A DNA stretch of 46,913 bases from the NCBI GenBank assembly GCA_032128115.1, contig JAQBHB010000060.1, forward strand, positions 1 through 46,913, read 5' to 3'. The notes beneath the pieces were generated by a model. The model made no database searches. It saw only the letters and a list, made by a program, of their open reading frames with translations, and was not told the DNA's origin. Positions within the stretch are counted from its first letter, which is position 1, and each line of letters opens with the position of its first letter. Made by a program: the position numbers and the translations under genes. The DNA is from Deltaproteobacteria bacterium. GTDB lineage: Bacteria > Myxococcota_A > UBA9160 > SMWR01. Positions 34,945-43,907 of this stretch are shown here, one piece after another.

Positions 34945-36654
34945 TCAGGGCCGCACTAGCGACGACCCGAATCCGGGCGCCCGGCGCAACTGCACCGATT
35001 CCACCACGCCGAAAACGCCGTAGGTCTCCGGGGGCGCGGCTCCAACCGCAAAGGGCAGCGGGCCGAAGATGTCCAAGTGGAAGCCGGCGCCCAGGGGGCG
35101 CGCCATGGTGGCAATCCAGCCCGCGGCCGGGAACGAGACCTTCTCCAGCAGGACCAGAGCGCCGTGGGGAGGCGTCTGGATGGCGTTGTTGACGGGAACG
35201 ATCAGGACGTCGCCCGCCATCAGGTCGCTGCGGTCGAAGTCGAGCCGATCGACGCCGAGGCCCTGGAAGTAGTAGCTGAAGCCCCAGGCGCCCTGGAACC
35301 ACAGGTGCCCACCTCGACCCGACCAGCGCGCGTGAAGCTCGGCCGCCGCAATGCGCGCCGAGTTGGCGAGCTTCCAATCTGCCCACGCCACACAGAGCGA
35401 GATCGCCAGTCCGGCCGCCAGGGGCGCGGCCAGACGGCGCAGCCACACGTGCGGGTCGGGATCCAGGCGCTCGGCCAGCCGCCAGGCCAGGGCGATACCC
35501 AGGGCCGGCGCCGCGGGCAACAGGGTGCGCCCGTTGGTGGTCCAGTTGACGAAGGCCGCGAACACGACGACGCCGCCCACCCAGCAGGCGAGCAACCAGG
35601 CCTCGGGGGTACGCCGTCGCCAGAGCGCCACGGCGACAAGCGCCAATGCCTGCACGCCGCACACGGCAAACAGCGCCGCCTGCACGATCAGGGTCCAGCG
35701 CGGCCCCTGCTCGTCGTGGAGCGGAAGCGGACCCAACGAGTCGAGCAGCGGCAGCGCACAGGCGAACGCCACGCCGGTTGCCGCGCCGGCGAGCAGCACG
35801 CGACGCGACCACAACAGCGGTGCGAAGAGCAGGCCCGGGAGGAAGCAGCCGCCCAGGAAGAACAACCCCACGAGCGCCTGGGTACCAAGGGCGGTCTCGC
35901 GCCGGGTGGCTCGCGCCAGCACCGAGTAGTCGACTCCGTCGCCCAGGGGCAGGACGCCGTAGCGGAACCACATGAAGGACTGGAAGGCGGCGATCATGGC
36001 AATCGGGATGGCGAGGTAGAGCATTCCCGCGCGCGGGCGCCGATCGCGCGCCAGGGACCAGGCAGCGAGCAAGGGCAGCACCACGATCCCGGTGTATTTC
36101 GTACAGAACACAAGACCTGCAAGCACGCCCGCGGCCGCGAGACGTCGCCCATCCCCGTTCCGGGATCCGTCGATCCACAGCACCAGCGTCCAACACCAGA
36201 GTGCCAACATGGGCACATCGGTCATGAGGCTCGTGGCGGAGACCAGCGCCACGGGTGTCGTCAGCACGGCGAGCGTCGCAAACGCGGGCGGCGCCCCCAG
36301 GCGTTGCGCCAGCGCAAACACACCAAAGAGCAGCGCCAGCATCGGCAGCCACATCCCCAGGTGTAACGCCGGCTCGCTCCACCCCAGCAACGACGCCACA
36401 CCCGCCAGGTAGATGCTGACCAGGGGCGGATTCTTGTTGACGCTGGCGAACGGTTCCGAGAAGCCGTGCCAGTTCATCTCGAATCCGTAGAAGTCGAGCG
36501 GCGCGTGCAGCACCTGCTCGGCCCCGCGAACGAACAGGGGATCGTCGATGTGGATGGCCTTGCCCAGGAAGGGCGCCAGACACAAAAGGGCCGCGGCGCC
36601 GATCCACAAGCGCTGCCGCCCCGGCTCCTGCCAGGCGCCGAAAACCCCTTCCAT
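34945..36654 (-). CDS. ArnT/PMT-like (GT-C) glycosyltransferase, paralogue of 1052..3058
   Basis: KAIHIDDPLF, NPPLVSIYLA, MTDVP, CTKY, LWFQGAWGFSYY. Start trimmed to MEGVFG. Confidence 0.82.
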   Translation of the reverse strand: MEGVFGAWQEPGRQRLWIGAAALLCLAPFLGKAIHIDDPLFVRGAEQVLHAPLDFYGFEMNWHGFSEPFASVNKNPPLVSIYLAGVASLLGWSEPALHLGMWLPMLALLFGVFALAQRLGAPPAFATLAVLTTPVALVSATSLMTDVPMLALWCWTLVLWIDGSRNGDGRRLAAAGVLAGLVFCTKYTGIVVLPLLAAWSLARDRRPRAGMLYLAIPIAMIAAFQSFMWFRYGVLPLGDGVDYSVLARATRRETALGTQALVGLFFLGGCFLPGLLFAPLLWSRRVLLAGAATGVAFACALPLLDSLGPLPLHDEQGPRWTLIVQAALFAVCGVQALALVAVALWRRRTPEAWLLACWVGGVVVFAAFVNWTTNGRTLLPAAPALGIALAWRLAERLDPDPHVWLRRLAAPLAAGLAISLCVAWADWKLANSARIAAAELHARWSGRGGHLWFQGAWGFSYYFQGLGVDRLDFDRSDLMAGDVLIVPVNNAIQTPPHGALVLLEKVSFPAAGWIATMARPLGAGFHLDIFGPLPFAVGAAPPETYGVFGVVESVQLRRAPGFGSSLVRP

Positions 36655-36665
36655 ACCCGGCTCTT

Positions 36666-36738
36666 CGGCCGATGCCTGCCCGCGGTTGAACGCCGTTCGG
36701 CGGCCGATGCCTGCCCGCGGTTGAACGCCGTTCGGCGG
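36666..36738. repeat. Perfect 35-bp tandem duplication CGGCCGATGCCTGCCCGCGGTTGAACGCCGTTCGG
   Basis: Copies at 36666-36700 and 36701-36735, no spacer. Confidence 0.92.
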
Positions 36739-36774
36739 TCCGCTTCTCGCCACTTCGCGGCCGGAACGCCCGGG

Positions 36775-36780
36775 TATAAT
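36775..36780 (+). promoter_or_regulatory. Possible sigma-70 -10 box TATAAT
   Basis: Exact TATAAT in a GC-rich divergent gap about 35 nt before the ATG at 36815; no convincing -35. Confidence 0.4.
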
Positions 36781-36814
36781 GCCGCGCGCGCGCAAGGGCG
36801 CCGGAAGGGGGACG

Positions 36815-37138
36815 ATGGCCCGGGGGCTTGCTGCGTCACTCGCCGTGATCTTCGCGCTGCTGCGCGCGCCCACGGCCCAGGCCATCGACTGCCCCACCTG
36901 GAGCCAGCTCTGGCCCCGGCAGCGATTCGCCGTGCTCGACGTCATGGTCCGGGACGCAGTGGCGGACTCGGGGGCCCGCTCCTACCGCATCGACCGCGGT
37001 ACGCTGGGCCGCTGCCTCGAGTCCCACACGCGATCCATCGCGGCCGACATCGATGTGTCCTGCGGCGAGGCGCCGGGATCCGGAGTCCTGGCGCCGAACC
37101 GCGTTTTCAAGAGCTACATCTGGAGCTGTGCCGGATAA
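36815..37138 (+). CDS. Small secreted hypothetical protein with 4 Cys
   Basis: SD AGGGGG, signal peptide ending AQA, helical mature part; overlaps the start of the next gene. Confidence 0.7.
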   Translation: MARGLAASLAVIFALLRAPTAQAIDCPTWSQLWPRQRFAVLDVMVRDAVADSGARSYRIDRGTLGRCLESHTRSIAADIDVSCGEAPGSGVLAPNRVFKSYIWSCAG

Positions 37139-37850
37139 CGCGCGAGCGATCGCCGACCGGCGACTCGTCGCATTGCTGCTGGTCGTGTGTGCCTGCGCCA
37201 GCGGCGGCCCGGATCGCAGGGACACAGCCTCCGGGTTCCTGCGAGACTACGCCGGGCTTCGCGAAGTCCGGGGCGCGCGCACCTCCCTCGTATTCATCGA
37301 ACCCGGCGCCCGCTTCTCGCATTACGGCCGGGTGATTCTGGATCCGGTCACGTTGTGGCGCGCAGACGGGCCCGGACGCAGGGACACACCCTGGGCGCAG
37401 CTGCAGCACCTGGCCGACTACCTGGAGACGGGGCTGCGCGACCAGCTCGGCCAGGTGTTCGAACTGGTGGACCGGCCCGGGCACGACACCCTGCGGGTTC
37501 GCGTGGCAATCAGCGAGGCCCGGCGATCCTGGATCCTGCGGGACGTGGTCTCCCGGCGGCGCCCCCCGGCGCCGAGCTTCGACGACCGGACGGAACTCGC
37601 GACCGGCACGCGCGACTTCGTGGACGCAGCGGCCATCGAGGTCGAGGTCCTGGATTCCGTCTCCGACCGGCGCATGCTGGCGGCGGTGGACGAGCGGGCC
37701 GGCAGGCGATCCCTGCGCGGATCCAGCGACACCTGGTCGGACGTACACGAGGCCCTGGACTACTGGGCCGATGTGCTCCGCACCCGACTCACTGCGCTTC
37801 GCGCGTTCGACGCGGGGCAGGAACGGATCGGGATTCCTCCGCCTCGCTAG
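37128..37850 (+). CDS. DUF3313 (YdcL-like) lipoprotein
   Basis: Lipobox CAC, SGFLRDYAGL, VILDPV, PG..TLRVRVAIS, IEVEVLDS, LAAVD. GTG start inferred. Confidence 0.8.
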   Translation: MPDNARAIADRRLVALLLVVCACASGGPDRRDTASGFLRDYAGLREVRGARTSLVFIEPGARFSHYGRVILDPVTLWRADGPGRRDTPWAQLQHLADYLETGLRDQLGQVFELVDRPGHDTLRVRVAISEARRSWILRDVVSRRRPPAPSFDDRTELATGTRDFVDAAAIEVEVLDSVSDRRMLAAVDERAGRRSLRGSSDTWSDVHEALDYWADVLRTRLTALRAFDAGQERIGIPPPR

Positions 37851-39037
37851 TGCGTGGCGCGGCCGCCCACCAGGGCCCGCACCGCGTCGGCGATGCCGTC
37901 GGTGGACAGGTGGTACATGGGAAAGATCCGGCGGATCAGCTTCGCGGTGTGATACTCGTCCCAGATCTGGGGGAGTTCGGGATTGAGCCAGACCACCCGA
38001 TGGAAGTGGTCGTCGATCCGGTGGAGCCAGTCGATGCCCCGGGTCTCCGACTCCCGACGAGGATCGATGTTGCCGTGGGGCTCCAGCAGCTCGGCAGGGT
38101 GCATGGCCGCATCGCCCACGATCATCACCTTCCAGTTCTCGTTGAGCCGGCGCAGCAGGTCGCCGGTGGGAATCGCCTCGCGCCGCAGCAGACGCGCGTT
38201 CCTGCCCAGGAGATCGTAGGGGCAGTTGTGGAAGTACCAGGCCTGGAAATCGCGCAGGCCACGCTCCTCGTGGAGCGCCGTGAGCAGGCGGCTCACGGGC
38301 TCGTAGAACGGATCCATGGTGCCGCCCACGTCCATGAGCAGCAGCAACCGGACATCGTTTCTGCGCTCGGGTCGGAAGACCAGCTCGATTTCGCCGGCGT
38401 TGCGACACGTTTCGTCGATGGTCTCGTCCAGGTCGAGCTCGACGGCGGCCCCCGTCCGGGTGAGTTGGCGCAGGCGCCGGAGTGCCACCCGGGTCTGGCG
38501 CAGGTCGAGAGTCTCATCGGTGCGGTAGTCCCGGAAGCGCCGCTCCTCGGCCACCTTCATGGCCGACCGGTTGCGACCCGGCCCCCCCACGCGGATTCCC
38601 GTGGGATGCTCGCCGCCGTGCCCGAACGGGGAGTGCCCCCCGGTTCCCACCCAGCGCCCTCCCCCGTCGTGGCGTTCGGTCTGCTCGGCCAGGGTTGCGA
38701 GGAACTTCTGGAGCAGCTCGTCGGAGTTCAGGTGCTCGAGCATCTCGCGCTGCTCGTCGCTGAGGCCCTCGAAGTTCTTGGGGTCGTTCAGCCAGTCGAG
38801 AAGCTCCTGCTCGATGTCCAGCGTGCCCTCGACCCCCTCGAATACCTTCAAGAACGCCCGGTCGAAGCCGTCGAAGTACGTCTCGCTCTTCACCAGGCAG
38901 GAACGCGCCAGATGGTAGAAGCGGCTCAGGCTCGAGCCGTGGAGCCCCTTGTCGAGGGCATCCAGGAACATCCTCCACTCCTGGAGCGCCACCGGGACGC
39001 CCTCGTCGCGCAACTCGTAGAAGAGGTCGAGAAACAC
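37847..39037 (-). CDS. VWA-domain protein (CoxE-like partner of a MoxR ATPase)
   Basis: Start (G)TG FLDLFYELR; GGRWVGTGG.SPFG, LLLMDVGGTM, YFHNC, IVGDAAMHP.E, VWLNP. Confidence 0.88.
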   Translation of the reverse strand: MFLDLFYELRDEGVPVALQEWRMFLDALDKGLHGSSLSRFYHLARSCLVKSETYFDGFDRAFLKVFEGVEGTLDIEQELLDWLNDPKNFEGLSDEQREMLEHLNSDELLQKFLATLAEQTERHDGGGRWVGTGGHSPFGHGGEHPTGIRVGGPGRNRSAMKVAEERRFRDYRTDETLDLRQTRVALRRLRQLTRTGAAVELDLDETIDETCRNAGEIELVFRPERRNDVRLLLLMDVGGTMDPFYEPVSRLLTALHEERGLRDFQAWYFHNCPYDLLGRNARLLRREAIPTGDLLRRLNENWKVMIVGDAAMHPAELLEPHGNIDPRRESETRGIDWLHRIDDHFHRVVWLNPELPQIWDEYHTAKLIRRIFPMYHLSTDGIADAVRALVGGRATH

Positions 39038-39045
39038 CCAGCGAC

Positions 39046-39927
39046 CTAGTTGTTGTAGCGCGGGCCCAGCTCGCTCCACTCTCTCGGGAACGCGCCACCG
39101 CGCTCGTGGAAACGATCCAGGGCCTCGGTGTCCTGCTCGTTCTTCAGAAGGGAACCCAGGAACGGGATGTGGAGCTCGATGTCGTCGGCGCTCATGCCCG
39201 AGCGGAGCAGCACGCTGATCCAGTCGATCAGCTCCGAGGTCGAGGGCTTCTTGCGCAGCTCGGTCTGCTCGCGCAGCCAGTAGAACTTGATGAGCACCTG
39301 ATCCAGGAGTTTCGTCTTCAGGTTGGGGTGGTGCACGTCCACGATCTTCTTCATCAGCTCCCGATCCGGAAACTCGATGAAGTGGAAGACGCAACGCCGC
39401 AGGAAGGCGTCGGGCAGCTCGCGTTCGTTGTTGGAGGTGATGATCACGAGAGGCCGCTGCTTCGCCACCACCTCGTCGCTGGTCTCCATGATCGTGAAGC
39501 GCATCTCGTCGAGTTCCAGCAGCAGGTCGTTGGGGAACTCCAGATCCGCCTTGTCGATCTCATCGATCAGCAGCACGTGATGGTCGTCGGCCGCAAAGGT
39601 GCGGCCCATGGGCCCGAGCCGGATGTACGTGCGGATGTCCGAGACGTCGCCGTCCCCGAAGCGCGCATCGTTCAACCGCTGCACCGTGTCGTACACGTAC
39701 AGGCCTTCCTGGGCCTTGCTCGTGGATTTGATGTGCCACTTCTCGAACGGGAGCGCGAGGGCCTCGGCCACGTGTCTGGCCAGCAGGGTCTTGCCGGTTC
39801 CGGGCTCCCCCTTGATCAGGAGAGGCCGTTCCAGGGCAATGGCCGCATTGACTGCATCTACCAGCGAAGCGGACGCGATGTAGCCGTCCGTCCCCTGGAA
39901 CCGGAGAAAATCGTTCTGCTTCGACAT
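39046..39927 (-). CDS. MoxR family AAA+ ATPase
   Basis: GEPGTGKT, LLIDEIDKAD.EFPNDLL, ITSNNERELPDAFLRRC. Confidence 0.93.
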   Translation of the reverse strand: MSKQNDFLRFQGTDGYIASASLVDAVNAAIALERPLLIKGEPGTGKTLLARHVAEALALPFEKWHIKSTSKAQEGLYVYDTVQRLNDARFGDGDVSDIRTYIRLGPMGRTFAADDHHVLLIDEIDKADLEFPNDLLLELDEMRFTIMETSDEVVAKQRPLVIITSNNERELPDAFLRRCVFHFIEFPDRELMKKIVDVHHPNLKTKLLDQVLIKFYWLREQTELRKKPSTSELIDWISVLLRSGMSADDIELHIPFLGSLLKNEQDTEALDRFHERGGAFPREWSELGPRYNN

Positions 39928-39999
39928 GGCGCCGGAGTGTGACGGATTTCTGGCGCCGCGCACCCCGGGAAGGGCCGCTCCCCCGTGGGGACCTGCGCC

Positions 40000-41232
40000 T
40001 CAGCTCCAGCGGCGGAAGACCAGCGAGGTGTTGACGCCCCCGAAGGCGAAGTTGTTGCTGACGGCGATCTCGGCTGCGAGCTCGCGCGGGGCTCCCATCA
40101 GGTAGTCCAGGGGTGCGCAGCGCCCGTCGGGGGCCTCCAGGTTGAGGGTGGGCGCCAGCCAGCCCTCCCGCATCATCTCGATGGTCATCCAGGCCTCCAG
40201 GGCGCCACAGGCGCCCAGGGTGTGGCCCATCTGGCCCTTGAGGGAGCTCACGGGCACCCGGTCGCCGAAGACCGCGTAGGTGGCCTGGCTCTCGGCGATG
40301 TCGCCCACCTCGGTGGCGCTGGCGTGGGCGTTCACATAGTCCACGTCCGAGGCCTGGATGCCGGCATCCTCCAGCGCCATGCGCATCACCCGTTCCATGC
40401 TCGCGGCGTCGGGGTTGGTCATGTGGCGACCGTCGCAGTTGGTGGCGAAGCCGAGCACCTCGGCGTGGATCGGCGCGCCCCGGGCCTGCGCGTGGGAAAG
40501 CTCCTCGAGCACCAGCGACCCGGCGCCCTCGCCCACCACGGTGCCGTCGCGCGCCACGTCGAACGGCCGCGGTGTCCGCTCGGGTTCGTCGTTGCGCCGC
40601 GAGGCGGCCAGCAGCACATCGAAGATGGCGGCGTCGATGGCGTCCAGCTCCTCGGCTCCGCCCCCGATCATGATGTCCTGGCGTCCGAATCGGATGCTCT
40701 CGTAGGCGTAGCCGATCCCCTGACTGCCGGAAGTGCAGGCGCTGGAGGTGGGCACGACGCGTCCCACGATCCCGAAGAACTGGGCGATGTTCGCGGCACA
40801 GGTGTGGCTCATGAAGCGGACGTAGTCGCTGCCGCGGATTCCCTTCAGGGTGCGCCCGGCGTAGAACTTGCGGGCGTAGACCTCGAACGCGCGCGGGCTG
40901 CCCTGGGTGCACCCGAAGGCGATGCCGGTGGAACCGTCGCCGAGCTCGGGAGCGCCAAGCAGTCCGGCGTCCAACAGGGCGAGCTCGCTGGCGCGAGTCG
41001 CCATCAGCGAGTCGCGTCCCATGGTCCGGATCTTCTTCCTCGGATACGAGGCCGGCGTGGAAAAGTCATGGACCACCGCTCCCAGGTGCGACTTCAGATC
41101 CTCGACCGCCTCCCACGCGCGCAACCTCGACACACCCGAGCGACCACTGCGCAGGCTCTCCCGCACGGTCTTCCAATCCTGGCCGATGGGCGAGATTCCG
41201 CCCATGCCCGTGATCACGACCCGGCGACTCAC
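40000..41232 (-). CDS. FabF-like beta-ketoacyl-ACP synthase of the type found in aryl-polyene-like clusters
   Basis: RRVVITG, TSSACTSGSQ (catalytic Cys), YVNAHASAT, GHTLGACG, NNFAFGGVN; GTGA overlap with the upstream stop. Confidence 0.92.
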   Translation of the reverse strand: MSRRVVITGMGGISPIGQDWKTVRESLRSGRSGVSRLRAWEAVEDLKSHLGAVVHDFSTPASYPRKKIRTMGRDSLMATRASELALLDAGLLGAPELGDGSTGIAFGCTQGSPRAFEVYARKFYAGRTLKGIRGSDYVRFMSHTCAANIAQFFGIVGRVVPTSSACTSGSQGIGYAYESIRFGRQDIMIGGGAEELDAIDAAIFDVLLAASRRNDEPERTPRPFDVARDGTVVGEGAGSLVLEELSHAQARGAPIHAEVLGFATNCDGRHMTNPDAASMERVMRMALEDAGIQASDVDYVNAHASATEVGDIAESQATYAVFGDRVPVSSLKGQMGHTLGACGALEAWMTIEMMREGWLAPTLNLEAPDGRCAPLDYLMGAPRELAAEIAVSNNFAFGGVNTSLVFRRWS

Positions 41233-42173
41233 CCGACGCCCTCCTGCCAGAAGTCGAAGAAATTGAACCACTGGTACGGCGTCCGCACACAGTGGGCTTC
41301 GAGCCGGGCGGCGTACGCTGCCACCCACTCGCAAAGCATCTTCTCGCGGTCGCGACGGGGCAACTCCACGCGCTCGGACAGGACTTCGGCGAAGACGCGG
41401 TAGCGCCCTCCCCCCGCCCGCAGGGCGACCATGAAGAGCAGCGGGCAGCCCAGCAGGCCGGCCAGCAGATACGGCGCAGTGGGAAACGGGGCCGGGTCGC
41501 CCAGCAGGGTCGCCTCGCAGCTGCGCTGGCGATCGTTGGGCTCGACCCGATCGCCAAGCATCGCCACCAGCTCCCCGCGTTCGATGCAGGCCTTGATCTG
41601 CAGCACCGAGTCGATCGAATCGGGATCCGCGTGGATCACCCGCACCTCCACGTCCGGCGACAGTTCCCGGAAGAGCGCGTTGATGCGCGGCGCGTGGCGC
41701 GTGTACATGAGCACGTTGACCACGCGCCGGTCGTGATCGGCCAGGGCGCGCATGGCGTCGAAGCTGCCCAGGTGCGAGCCCACCACGATCGCCCCGCGCT
41801 GCGGGGTCACCAGCCGATCGAAGTGCTCGCGTCCGTTGAATTCGAATTCGAAGCGGCCCCGCCGCCCGAACCACAGCTCCATGCGGTCGAAGATCGAGAG
41901 GGCGAAGGCGCGGTAGTGGAGGAAGCTGGCCCAGGATCCCGGCCTGCGTCCCAGCGCCGCAGCGCCGTCGGGGTTCGCTGCCACCCGACGCAGGTAGGCC
42001 CGCGACGCCGCCCGACCGCCGCCGTGATCGGTGAGGAAGAAGTACGCCACGATCGCGTGCACCAGCACGAGACTCAGGCCGCGGCCGAAGAGCCGATAGC
42101 AACCCAGGGTGATGCGCAGGCCCAGCATGGAGCCGCGTTCCGTGATCCGCGACCACCGGTTCGCTTCGCTCAC
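41229..42173 (-). CDS. LpxL/LpxP-like acyltransferase (COG4261 type)
   Basis: W..ITERGS, GSHLGSFD (HxxxxD/E), MLGDR, terminal PYQWFNFFDFW. Confidence 0.88.
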   Translation of the reverse strand: MSEANRWSRITERGSMLGLRITLGCYRLFGRGLSLVLVHAIVAYFFLTDHGGGRAASRAYLRRVAANPDGAAALGRRPGSWASFLHYRAFALSIFDRMELWFGRRGRFEFEFNGREHFDRLVTPQRGAIVVGSHLGSFDAMRALADHDRRVVNVLMYTRHAPRINALFRELSPDVEVRVIHADPDSIDSVLQIKACIERGELVAMLGDRVEPNDRQRSCEATLLGDPAPFPTAPYLLAGLLGCPLLFMVALRAGGGRYRVFAEVLSERVELPRRDREKMLCEWVAAYAARLEAHCVRTPYQWFNFFDFWQEGVG

Positions 42174-42778
42174 GACGCGCGGCTCCCCGGGAAGATGCGT
42201 CTCCAGGTCGCTCTGGCCGCGAGCCCGTCGTCCCACCCGAACCGGAAGCTCCGCACCGCGAACTCGGCCGCAAACAGCAGACCCATCAACACGTAGGAAA
42301 TGAAGCCCGTGTAGATCGTCCAGACCTCGAGATCGCCCGACACGGCGAGCCCCAGGCAGACTCCCGTGTTGGCCAACAGGAAGACCGTCCAGACGCCCGT
42401 GAAGGAGCGACAGTGGGCGATGCGCTCGGGAGACAGATCCGGGTGCTGCATGCGCGCGAACGTCTCGATCAGCGTCGGCCCTCGCAAGAGGCTGCGGCCG
42501 AAGGCCACCAGCACGGCGCCACTCACCAGGCCGGGGACAAACAACGCGACGCGCGCGTCGTTCGAGATCCACGTCAATACGATCACCCCCGCGATCCCGC
42601 CGGCGGGGATGAGCAGGCGACGCAGGTCGTCGGCCGCCGGGCGGCGCCGCTGCGTCAGCAGTCGCAGCAGCAGCAGCGCCCCCGCTGCCAGCGCGACGCT
42701 TCGCGGCTCCAGGATCTGCAGGGCGCCGTACAGAAGGAACGGGTAGCCGACGCCCAGGGCGACGCGAACGATCTTCAT
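42170..42778 (-). CDS. Membrane protein of the type found beside ACP genes in aryl-polyene-like clusters (COG4648-like)
   Basis: YPFLLY, FGRSLL.GPTLIETFAR, T.VW..F, WTIYTGFISYVLMG.LFAAE..VR; ATGA overlap with the ACP stop. Confidence 0.82.
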   Translation of the reverse strand: MKIVRVALGVGYPFLLYGALQILEPRSVALAAGALLLLRLLTQRRRPAADDLRRLLIPAGGIAGVIVLTWISNDARVALFVPGLVSGAVLVAFGRSLLRGPTLIETFARMQHPDLSPERIAHCRSFTGVWTVFLLANTGVCLGLAVSGDLEVWTIYTGFISYVLMGLLFAAEFAVRSFRFGWDDGLAARATWRRIFPGSRAS

Positions 42779-43062
42779 CGTCCGGCGGCGCACCTCGCGA
42801 CCAGCCCCGTGTGGATCAGCTCCACCACGTCCTGGACGATGCGCACCAACTTGAGGTCGTCCTCCCGGAGGGTGAAGCCCAGCGTCTCCTCCATGCTGGC
42901 GGCCAGGTCGAGGGCGTCGATGCTGTCCAGGTCGAGCTCGTCGATCAGGTGGGTCGACGGCTCGATCCGGTCGCCGGGCAGACCGAACTCGGCCTCCAGT
43001 GCCGTTCGCACCATGATGAAGACCTCGTTCTTGTCGGGTGTGCGGTCGTCGGCCGGCGGCAC
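42775..43062 (-). CDS. Acyl carrier protein
   Basis: ELDLDSIDALDL phosphopantetheine motif, acidic helical protein of about 95 aa; GTG start after a G-run SD. Confidence 0.9.
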   Translation of the reverse strand: MPPADDRTPDKNEVFIMVRTALEAEFGLPGDRIEPSTHLIDELDLDSIDALDLAASMEETLGFTLREDDLKLVRIVQDVVELIHTGLVARCAAGR

Positions 43063-43175
43063 GCCCCCCCCCTGACGTCGGCCTTTCCGGGCCAGGAGGG
43101 CCCGGCGGCTCGGTGGTTCGAGGAGAATACGCGCTTCCCTGGGGACCGTCGAGATCGCTCGAGGAGCTCGCAGGC

Positions 43176-43907
43176 TCAACCGGATGCCCGGGTCAGCCAG
43201 CGCCACGCCGCGCCCGTCACGAGCCGCGTGTGCAGCCAGCTGATCGCCAGGTTGTCGCGAAACAGCCGGAAGTGCGACACACCGCCCTCCTCCGCCGTCA
43301 GGTAGCGGACCCGGGTCTCGAGATTCACGACGGGAACGCGCCGCCAGACCATCCGGACGGGAAGCTCCTGGTCGAACTCCATGCGATTGCCGCGTGCGCC
43401 CGCGGCCAGGGCCGACGCGAGCGGGTAGACCCGGAACCCGCACTGGGGATCGGCGATGGAGCGTCCGCCGGTTTCGACACGGACCCAGAACACGCTGATC
43501 TGGCGGCCGATGGCGCGGCCGCGGGGCTGCGTCTCGTCGAAGACCGGTCGGCCCAGGATCAACGCCTCCGGGCGCCCACGGGCGGCGTCCAGGAAACGCG
43601 GGATGTCCCCGAGGGCGTGCTGTCCGTCGGCGTCCACCTGGAGCACGTGGCTGAAGCCCCGGCGCAGCGCCTCGTCGAAGCCTGCGCGAACGGCGGCGCC
43701 CTTGCCCCCGTTGCGCTCGCGCCGCACCAGATGGACGAGCCCGTCGCGCGCCAACGCCTCGGCGGCCCGCCGACCCGCGTCGCCGCTCGCGTCGTCCACC
43801 AGGATGACGGCCTCCAGATGCTCGCGGACCTCTCGCACCACAGCGCCCACCGTCCTGGGGTTGTCGAAGGTGGGAATCACTGCGCAGGGGCGAAACGAGG
43901 GGGTCAC
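43176..43907 (-). CDS. GT2 glycosyltransferase
   Basis: CAVIPTFDN, ILVDDAS, NGGKGAAV, QVDADGQH, DPQCGFRVYPL, GVSHFR..RDN..IS; GTGA overlap with the upstream stop. Confidence 0.9.
   Translation of the reverse strand: MTPSFRPCAVIPTFDNPRTVGAVVREVREHLEAVILVDDASGDAGRRAAEALARDGLVHLVRRERNGGKGAAVRAGFDEALRRGFSHVLQVDADGQHALGDIPRFLDAARGRPEALILGRPVFDETQPRGRAIGRQISVFWVRVETGGRSIADPQCGFRVYPLASALAAGARGNRMEFDQELPVRMVWRRVPVVNLETRVRYLTAEEGGVSHFRLFRDNLAISWLHTRLVTGAAWRWLTRASG

Noticed and set aside
33389..36607. 1072-aa ORF as one giant CarF fusion
   Set aside because: The N-terminal ~820 aa are Arg/Gly/Ala-rich off-frame translation over the GT-C and M23 genes; only 33389-34144 has family motifs.
36666..36738. 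35-bp repeat as a CRISPR array
   Set aside because: Only two adjacent copies, no spacer and no cas genes.
40000..42273. 757-aa ORF as a KS fusion protein
   Set aside because: The upstream part overlaps the acyltransferase in another frame; the KS starts at the GTGA overlap at 41232.
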